Below, piece after piece: positions 8,641-13,989 of a stretch of DNA of 13,989 nucleotides (its first letter is position 1; each line of letters opens with the position of its first letter). The stretch comes from Fidelibacterota bacterium (GTDB lineage: Bacteria > Fidelibacterota > Marinisomatia > Marinisomatales > S15-B10), in the NCBI GenBank assembly GCA_002729175.1, contig PBTS01000037.1, forward strand, positions 28,710 to 42,698, read 5' to 3'. A model generated the notes under the pieces. The model saw only the letters and a list, made by a program, of their open reading frames with translations, searched no databases and had not been told where the DNA came from. Made by a program: the position numbers and the translations under genes.

Positions 8641-9077
8641 CCTACAATCGCTTTCCCACCTGCTTTTTCAATCTTCTCAGCCGCTGTTGCGCTGAATGCA
8701 TGGGCATAAACTTCCACAGCTCTCTCAATGTCACCATTGGCAAGAACTTTCACAGGTTTGGCAGCAGATTTGATAACACCCTTTTCAAGCATGGTGGCAA
8801 CATCAACTTTCTCATCATCAAGTTTAGAGATAGCCGAAAGGCTGACATTTTGATACTCATTCTTAAATCTGGCATTGGTGAAGCCGCGCTTGGGCACTCT
8901 CCTCTGAAGAGGCATCTGACCTCCTTCAAACCACGTTCTCCGCTTACTGCCTGAACGAGAGTGATAACCCTTATGGCCCCGACCGGCTGTTCCTCCCGTA
9001 CCGGAAGCATCCCCCCGTCCAAGCCGTTTCCGTGCTTTGCTGAGACCCTCAGGAGCTTTCAGATCACTCAACTTCAT
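8637..9077 (-). CDS. rplO: 50S ribosomal protein L15 (uL15)
   Basis: RLGRG..SG.GGTAGRGHKG, FEGGQMPLQRRVPKRGF, KIEKAGG; ATGA overlaps at both ends. Confidence 0.99.
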   Translation of the reverse strand: MKLSDLKAPEGLSKARKRLGRGDASGTGGTAGRGHKGYHSRSGSKRRTWFEGGQMPLQRRVPKRGFTNARFKNEYQNVSLSAISKLDDEKVDVATMLEKGVIKSAAKPVKVLANGDIERAVEVYAHAFSATAAEKIEKAGGKAIVG

Positions 9078-9271
9078 AGCGCTTCATCCACTTTCAAAAG
9101 AAAACTTATCTTATTTACCATACCTCTGATTACCGGCGTATCAGTATGAACAACAGACTGATGCATTTTGCGAAGACCAAGTGCACGCAATGTTTTTTTT
9201 GCCTTTTGACTGTAACCTATTGCGCTCTTAATCTGAGTTATTTGCAAAGATTTCGGTGATTTTTTAGCCAT
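9074..9271 (-). CDS. rpmD: 50S ribosomal protein L30 (uL30)
   Basis: ITQIKSAIG, TLRALGLRK, TPVIRGMVNKI; located between rpsE and rplO. Confidence 0.97.
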   Translation of the reverse strand: MAKKSPKSLQITQIKSAIGYSQKAKKTLRALGLRKMHQSVVHTDTPVIRGMVNKISFLLKVDEAL

Positions 9272-9280
9272 GATTAATAT

Positions 9281-9784
9281 TTAACTGAACACCTCACCAA
9301 TTGTTATTCCACGCCTGTTGGCGACAGATACAGGATCTTGCAAATTTCTCAGTGCCACCTCTACAGCTCTGACAATATTATTTATGTTTGTAGAACCGTA
9401 TCGTTTGGTGAGCACATCAGTAATTCCAGCTTGCTCAATAAGTGCCCGCACAGCGCCACCAGCGATAATACCCGTTCCAGGTGATGCCGGTTTAAGCATA
9501 ACTTTAGCTGCACCAAATTTTCCTTCGATTTTATGGGGGATTGTCCCATTGATAACTGGAACACGAAACATGTTTTTCTTGGCGTTTTCTTTCGATTTGG
9601 AAATGGCTGATATCACCTCGTTCGCCTTTCCGTAACCTAACCCCACATGGCCTTTTCCGTCACCAATGGCTGCAAGAGAACTAAAGCGAAAACGACGGCC
9701 TCCCGCCACTACTTTGGCCACTCTGTTAATCTTGATAACAGTTTCTTCGTTCAGTTCCAGTTCAGTCGGGTTGATGCTGCTCAA
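9281..9784 (-). CDS. rpsE: 30S ribosomal protein S5 (uS5), TTG start
   Basis: [47 protein letters not shown] overlap with rplR and an upstream AAGGAGG. Confidence 0.98.
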   Translation of the reverse strand: MSSINPTELELNEETVIKINRVAKVVAGGRRFRFSSLAAIGDGKGHVGLGYGKANEVISAISKSKENAKKNMFRVPVINGTIPHKIEGKFGAAKVMLKPASPGTGIIAGGAVRALIEQAGITDVLTKRYGSTNINNIVRAVEVALRNLQDPVSVANRRGITIGEVFS

Positions 9785-10152
9785 AACTTAAGTCCTCCTT
9801 CGCGGGCACCGTCTGCAAAAGCCTTTACACGGCCGTGATAGAGGAACCCGTTCCGATCAAAAACAACTTTAGAGATTTTTTTCTTTTTCGCTCTTGCCGC
9901 CAGCTCCTTGCCCACCATGAAGCTTAGCTCAGTTTTAGTCACAGGCTTTTTAGACTTTGGAGCGATAGCTTTCTCACTTGATGAAGCCGTCACAAGTGTT
10001 TTACCAGAAACATCGTCCACCAGTTGACCGTAAATATGTGATAAGCTACGGTAAACCACAAGCCGAGGCCTTGCTTCTGTGCCGAAGGCGTGGCGTTTAC
10101 TCCTGCGCCGTCTTCGCTCTCTCCGTTCTGCCTTTTGTAACTGCTCTTTCAT
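9781..10152 (-). CDS. rplR: 50S ribosomal protein L18 (uL18)
   Basis: [46 protein letters not shown]. Confidence 0.99.
   Translation of the reverse strand: MKEQLQKAERRERRRRRSKRHAFGTEARPRLVVYRSLSHIYGQLVDDVSGKTLVTASSSEKAIAPKSKKPVTKTELSFMVGKELAARAKKKKISKVVFDRNGFLYHGRVKAFADGAREGGLKF
9794..9800 (-). promoter_or_regulatory. Strong Shine-Dalgarno (AAGGAGG) for rpsE, inside the 3' end of rplR
   Basis: Minus strand reads AAGGAGG-ACTTAAGTT-TTG, a 9-nt spacer. Confidence 0.7.
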
Positions 10153-10155
10153 GGC

Positions 10156-10692
10156 TTATTCACCCACTGTCTTACCCTTTTTGATCCGGACATATTCTCC
10201 TACATAGCGGATTCCCTTGCCTTTGTAAGGTTCAGGTGGGCGAAATGATCTGATTTTGGCAGCAACCTCTCCAACAAGTTCTTTATTTATTCCGGAGACA
10301 GATATGGAATTTTTTGCAGCCTTAATCTCAATCCCCTCTGGTGGTTCAAAATAGATATCGTGAGAAAAACCGAGCGTCAGCTTCAACCTTTTACCTTCGA
10401 GATTTGCCGTATAGCCAACACCATTAATCTCTAATTCTTTGGTGAACCCTTCAGTAACGCCTTGCACCATATTGGAGATTATAGCTCTGGTAGTTCCATG
10501 AAGCGAGCGGTGTGCTTTGTTATCACTGGGACGCTCCACCAGAAGATGACTGTTTTCCTTTTTTACTTCCATATCCGGATGAACTTCAAAGCTCAGGTTT
10601 CCTTTTGGTCCCGAGACAGATACAAGCCTAGCATCCTGAGACACCTTAACCCCTTCAGGAACTGAAATTGGTTGTTTTCCTATTCTTGACAT
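10156..10692 (-). CDS. rplF: 50S ribosomal protein L6 (uL6); start corrected from 10707 to 10692
   Basis: MSRIGKQPI, GPKG.L, HGTTRA, GVGY, LGFSH, RPPEPYKGKGIRY. Confidence 0.98.
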   Translation of the reverse strand: MSRIGKQPISVPEGVKVSQDARLVSVSGPKGNLSFEVHPDMEVKKENSHLLVERPSDNKAHRSLHGTTRAIISNMVQGVTEGFTKELEINGVGYTANLEGKRLKLTLGFSHDIYFEPPEGIEIKAAKNSISVSGINKELVGEVAAKIRSFRPPEPYKGKGIRYVGEYVRIKKGKTVGE

Positions 10693-10696
10693 ATCT

Positions 10697-11095
10697 TTAC
10701 CAGACACTGCAAATTAGTTCACCACCAATATTCAGTTTTTTTGCAACTTTGTTTGAAATCACGCCTTTTGACGTGGTTAATATGGCAACGCCGAGACCAT
10801 CGAGAATTCTTGGAATTTCTCCTACCCCCACATAAACACGGCGACCAGGCTTGCTCTCTCTTGCAATATGCTGGATAACAGGTTCACCATTCCTGTCGTA
10901 CTTAAGGAAAACGCGCAATTCCTTCTTGACTGGGTGATTAATAACAATAAAGTCCTTGATGTAATGTTCTTCCCTAAGAATATAGAGGATACGTTTCTTA
11001 AGATTTGAAGAAGGGACGTCCACCCACCGCTTGCCCATATGCAAGCCGTTGCGAACTCTTGTCAGCAAATCGGCGACTGGATCTGTCATACTCAC
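10697..11095 (-). CDS. rpsH: 30S ribosomal protein S8 (uS8); GTG start at 11095 (alternative ATG at 11089)
   Basis: MTDPVADLLTRVRN, SKPGRRVY, GLGVAILTTSKGV, GGELICSVW; TAAGGAG at 11108-11114. Confidence 0.98.
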   Translation of the reverse strand: MSMTDPVADLLTRVRNGLHMGKRWVDVPSSNLKKRILYILREEHYIKDFIVINHPVKKELRVFLKYDRNGEPVIQHIARESKPGRRVYVGVGEIPRILDGLGVAILTTSKGVISNKVAKKLNIGGELICSVW

Positions 11096-11114
11096 TTTTT
11101 GTTTTCTCTCCTTA

Positions 11115-11300
11115 CTACCAGCTGGCCTTCGTGACGCCAGGGATTTCTCCCTTTAAAGCAAGTTCCCGGAAGCAAAGACGACAGAGACCAAACTTTCTTA
11201 GGAAAGCGCGGGACCTACCACATTTTGCACATCTGTGATACTTGCGAACTTGGAACTTCGGCTTTTTGTTTGCCTTGAATATGAGTGATTTTTTAGCCAT
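11115..11300 (-). CDS. rpsN: 30S ribosomal protein S14 (uS14), short zinc-binding type (type Z), 61 aa
   Basis: RCAKCGR...[24 protein letters not shown] with two CxxC motifs. Confidence 0.98.
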   Translation of the reverse strand: MAKKSLIFKANKKPKFQVRKYHRCAKCGRSRAFLRKFGLCRLCFRELALKGEIPGVTKASW

Positions 11301-12028
11301 TAATTAACCTCTTCTAAATCAGCTGCCTCTTCGGCGGGCCTGGTTGCTCGCTCAAAGCGATTATCTAGCCTGAACGGAAAACCGAGGGATTTCAGAAGAA
11401 GGTATGCCCCCTCATCTGTCTTGGCACTGGTGGTGATAGTGATGTCCAGTCCCCGTATTTTGTCAATCTTATCGTAATCAATTTCCGGAAACACAATCTG
11501 TTCCAGGATACCAAAGCTGTAATTACCACGGCCATCAAAAGATTTTACGGAAAGACCAGTAAAGTCTCTTACACGAGGTAGAGCAATGCTTATAAGTCGC
11601 TCTAAAAATTCATACATGCGCTGGCGGCGGAGTGTTACTCTTGTCCCAACCGGATCCCCCACCCGAAGCTTGAAATTGGAGATGGCTTTCTTGGCTTTAG
11701 TTACCACAGCCTTCTGACCGGTAATTGTTGTGAGATCGTTAATGGCATGTTCCAACGCGTTCTTTTCTTCACGAGCATTGCCGATACCGATATTCAAAGA
11801 GATTTTTTGGATCCTAGGCACCTGATATGGATTTTTTAACCCAAGCTGTTTCTGAAGTGCTGGAGAGATATTATCCTTGAAAAGGGTGATCAGGTTGGGA
11901 AGATAACCATTCATATCAGTCGTATTTTTTGCGTTGCCCTTGGGCTTAGCCGATGGCTTCGCTTTGGACTTTACCTTCGGTTTTGGTTTTGCTTTTTGTG
12001 CAATCACTTTTTTCTTTGTTTCGGCCAA
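11300..12028 (-). CDS. rplE: 50S ribosomal protein L5 (uL5), 242 aa with N- and C-terminal extensions, TTG start
   Basis: Core: [66 protein letters not shown] sits 5 nt upstream of the TTG at 12028. An alternative ATG at 11914 lacks an SD. Confidence 0.95.
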   Translation of the reverse strand: MAETKKKVIAQKAKPKPKVKSKAKPSAKPKGNAKNTTDMNGYLPNLITLFKDNISPALQKQLGLKNPYQVPRIQKISLNIGIGNAREEKNALEHAINDLTTITGQKAVVTKAKKAISNFKLRVGDPVGTRVTLRRQRMYEFLERLISIALPRVRDFTGLSVKSFDGRGNYSFGILEQIVFPEIDYDKIDKIRGLDITITTSAKTDEGAYLLLKSLGFPFRLDNRFERATRPAEEAADLEEVN

Positions 12029-12033
12029 CAGCT

Positions 12034-12038
12034 CTCCT
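12034..12038 (-). promoter_or_regulatory. Shine-Dalgarno (AGGAG) for the extended rplE start, overlapping the rplX stop
   Basis: Minus strand reads TAGGAG-AGCTG-TTG GCC GAA. Confidence 0.7.
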
Positions 12039-12345
12039 AAGAATCGATATCTTCGCCTGTCTTACGGGCGACTCTAATCTTTCTACCAGTGTCCAGTAAA
12101 CGATGACCAACGCGGGTCCTACTGCCTGAAACAACCAGCATCACATTGGAGGCTTGAACAGACGCTTCTCTTTCAATTATGCCCCCTTGCTGATTCTGTT
12201 GGGTCGGCTTCGAATGGCGTTTCATAAAGTTGATTCCCTCAATAATCAGTCGCTGAGACTTGGGATTCACACTGAGCACTTTACCCTGTTTTCCCCGGTC
12301 ATCACCGGAAATCACTTCAACCGTGTCACCTGTTCGAATTCTCAC
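12037..12345 (-). CDS. rplX: 50S ribosomal protein L24 (uL24), GTG start
   Basis: KOW motif [44 protein letters not shown] overlap with rplN. Confidence 0.98.
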   Translation of the reverse strand: MRIRTGDTVEVISGDDRGKQGKVLSVNPKSQRLIIEGINFMKRHSKPTQQNQQGGIIEREASVQASNVMLVVSGSRTRVGHRLLDTGRKIRVARKTGEDIDS

Positions 12346-12713
12346 TATATCACCTCCGGCGCCATGGAAATGATCCGCATAAAACCTTTTTCGCGAAGTT
12401 CTCGGGCTACAGGCCCGAAAATTCTTGTCCCCCGGGGTTCACCTGAGTCTGTGAGTAAAACGGCCGCATTATCATCAAACCTAACATAGGTGCCATCTTT
12501 ACGACCAACCTCTTTTCGAGTTCTCACAATCACAGCACGAGACTTTTCACCCTTCTTCACCATACCACCGGGGATTGCCTGCTTAACGGAAACAACAATA
12601 ATGTCACCGATAGAGGCGTACTTCCGCTTGGATCCGCCTAACACTTTGAAACAGAGTACTTCTTTCGCACCTGTGTTGTCTGCAACTTTTAATCTTGTTT
12701 CTGACTGAATCAT
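12345..12713 (-). CDS. rplN: 50S ribosomal protein L14 (uL14)
   Basis: [42 protein letters not shown]. Confidence 0.99.
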   Translation of the reverse strand: MIQSETRLKVADNTGAKEVLCFKVLGGSKRKYASIGDIIVVSVKQAIPGGMVKKGEKSRAVIVRTRKEVGRKDGTYVRFDDNAAVLLTDSGEPRGTRIFGPVARELREKGFMRIISMAPEVI

Positions 12714-12742
12714 GAATCTTCTTTATTTTGTGCAAATGAACT

Positions 12743-13006
12743 TTAGCGGGTTCTGCCTTTTTCAACTATCTCCGTCACCCGCCACCGCTTTGTTTTACTC
12801 ATGGGGCGTACGGACAGAATCTTCACTTTGTCACCATTATTGCATTCATGTTGGCCCGTGTCAGCACTGTATTTCTTCTTTTTTATAATATACTTCTTGT
12901 ACACAGGATGAAGAACCCGTCGCTTCACTTCCACACGAACAGTTTTTTCCATACGGTCGCTCACCACCACCCCAGCAAGAATCTGTTTTTGTCCTCTTTC
13001 AACCAT
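12743..13006 (-). CDS. rpsQ: 30S ribosomal protein S17 (uS17)
   Basis: GVVVSDRMEKTV.V, HPVYKK, GDKV.I...RPMSKTKRW. Confidence 0.97.
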   Translation of the reverse strand: MVERGQKQILAGVVVSDRMEKTVRVEVKRRVLHPVYKKYIIKKKKYSADTGQHECNNGDKVKILSVRPMSKTKRWRVTEIVEKGRTR

Positions 13007-13011
13007 GATCG

Positions 13012-13221
13012 TTATGCTTCCGCCTGTCTGATACCAAGTTCAAATTCATTAAGCACTGTTTTTATCTGAGCAATCTCTTTTCGCAAATAACGTAGCTGGA
13101 GTGGGTTCTCTAGTTGCTGGAGCGCCTTTTGAAACTTCAGTTCCTCCAACTCTTGCTGGACATCTATCAAGCGAGATTTTAGCTCATCAATTGATAATTC
13201 TTTCAATTCTTCTCTCTTCAT
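13012..13221 (-). CDS. rpmC: 50S ribosomal protein L29 (uL29)
   Basis: ELKELS.DEL, QLENP...RKEIAQIKTVL.E; located between rplP and rpsQ. Confidence 0.96.
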   Translation of the reverse strand: MKREELKELSIDELKSRLIDVQQELEELKFQKALQQLENPLQLRYLRKEIAQIKTVLNEFELGIRQAEA

Positions 13222-13237
13222 ACCTTATAAATCTGGA

Positions 13238-13660
13238 TCAACCAGTAAATTCTCTTCGCTCAGACAATTTTGTTCTAACGGATAACTTGTGTCCGGCAAT
13301 ACGGAACGCCTCTGCTGCTAAATCCTTATCAACACCTTCCACTTCAAAAAGAATTCTTCCGGGCTTCACCACCGCCACCCACTGGTCTGGAGCTCCTTTG
13401 CCTTTACCCATTCTCACTTCGGCGGGTTTCTTGGTAATGGGCTTATCAGGGAAAATCCTGATCCACATGCGACCATGCTTTCTGATCTGCCGAATGATTG
13501 CTACACGGGCTGATTCGATTTGTTTTGCAGTTACCCAACCGGGCTCCACAGCCTTCAAGCCAAAACTACCGAATGCTACATGACTACCCTTGGTGGCCAT
13601 CCCTCGCCGGCGACCACGATGCTGTCTACGCCACTTAACTTTTTTCGGCTCCAGAGGCAT
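13238..13660 (-). CDS. rplP: 50S ribosomal protein L16 (uL16)
   Basis: [52 protein letters not shown]. Confidence 0.99.
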   Translation of the reverse strand: MPLEPKKVKWRRQHRGRRRGMATKGSHVAFGSFGLKAVEPGWVTAKQIESARVAIIRQIRKHGRMWIRIFPDKPITKKPAEVRMGKGKGAPDQWVAVVKPGRILFEVEGVDKDLAAEAFRIAGHKLSVRTKLSERREFTG

Positions 13661-13989
13661 TAGGTCGCCACCTCCCCGTTACAAATCCAGACCTTAACAC
13701 CAATGATTCCGTATGTGGTTCGTGCTTCAGTAATAGCAAAATCAATGTCCGATCTCAGTGTCTGGAGCGGAACTCGGCCTTCACGGAATGTCTCTTGACG
13801 AGCAATATCGGCACCGCCAAGACGACCTGCCACACGAATCCTGATACCGTCTGCTCCCATTCGAATGGTAGATTGAATCGCTTTTTTTACAGCACGGCGA
13901 TAACTGATTTTCTTAATAAGCTGCTGAGCAATATTTTCGCCCACCAGTTTTGCATCCATTTCAGGCCTTTTAATTTCCGAGACGTTCAC
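13660..13989 (-). CDS. rpsC: 30S ribosomal protein S3 (uS3), C-terminal part; 5' end lies beyond the window
   Basis: [59 protein letters not shown] overlap with rplP. Confidence 0.98.
   Translation of the reverse strand: MNVSEIKRPEMDAKLVGENIAQQLIKKISYRRAVKKAIQSTIRMGADGIRIRVAGRLGGADIARQETFREGRVPLQTLRSDIDFAITEARTTYGIIGVKVWICNGEVAT

Noticed and set aside
11915..12036. E. coli-type uS8 autoregulatory RNA hairpin at the rplX-rplE junction
   Set aside because: The coding strand here is very A-rich, I could find no convincing stem by eye, and the sequence is better explained by Lys codons. A covariance-model search would be needed to exclude it fully.
12714..12742. Weak inverted repeat (ATTTG-CA-CAAAAT) between rpsQ and rplN as a terminator or regulatory hairpin
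   Set aside because: The stem is short, AT-rich and imperfect, and has no U-tract.
652..13583. Numerous plus-strand ORFs of 60-160 aa and short alternate-frame minus-strand ORFs in the ORF track
   Set aside because: All are shadows of well-conserved genes, with no recognisable motifs or independent initiation signals.

Overview
The window is almost fully coding and every gene lies on the minus strand. It holds the 3' part of a bacterial S10-spc-alpha ribosomal protein superoperon: 'rpsC-rplP-rpmC-rpsQ-rplN-rplX-rplE-rpsN-rpsH-rplF-rplR-rpsE-rpmD-rplO-secY-map-rpmJ-rpsM-rpsK-rpsD-rpoA-rplQ. Directly downstream, with gaps of only 16, 30 and 16 nt, are a secreted GHL10/DUF187-type glycoside hydrolase-like gene, urocanate hydratase (hutU) and a 5' fragment of imidazolonepropionase (hutI). 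rpmJ and hutI are absent from the supplied ORF track and were read by hand, and the starts of rpsD, map and rplF were corrected. No intergenic gap exceeds 30 nt, and I see no RNA genes, mobile elements, CRISPR arrays or intrinsic terminators. Gene order and protein style suggest a non-Bacteroidia FCB-group lineage such as Marinisomatota/Marinimicrobia (inference only). This is mostly core housekeeping DNA and I found no clearly new system. The most unusual points are a uL5 with a Lys-rich N-terminal arm and an acidic C-tail, hut and glycoside hydrolase genes appended to the ribosomal operon, a degenerate conserved loop in RpoA, and the absence of infA and adk from the cluster.
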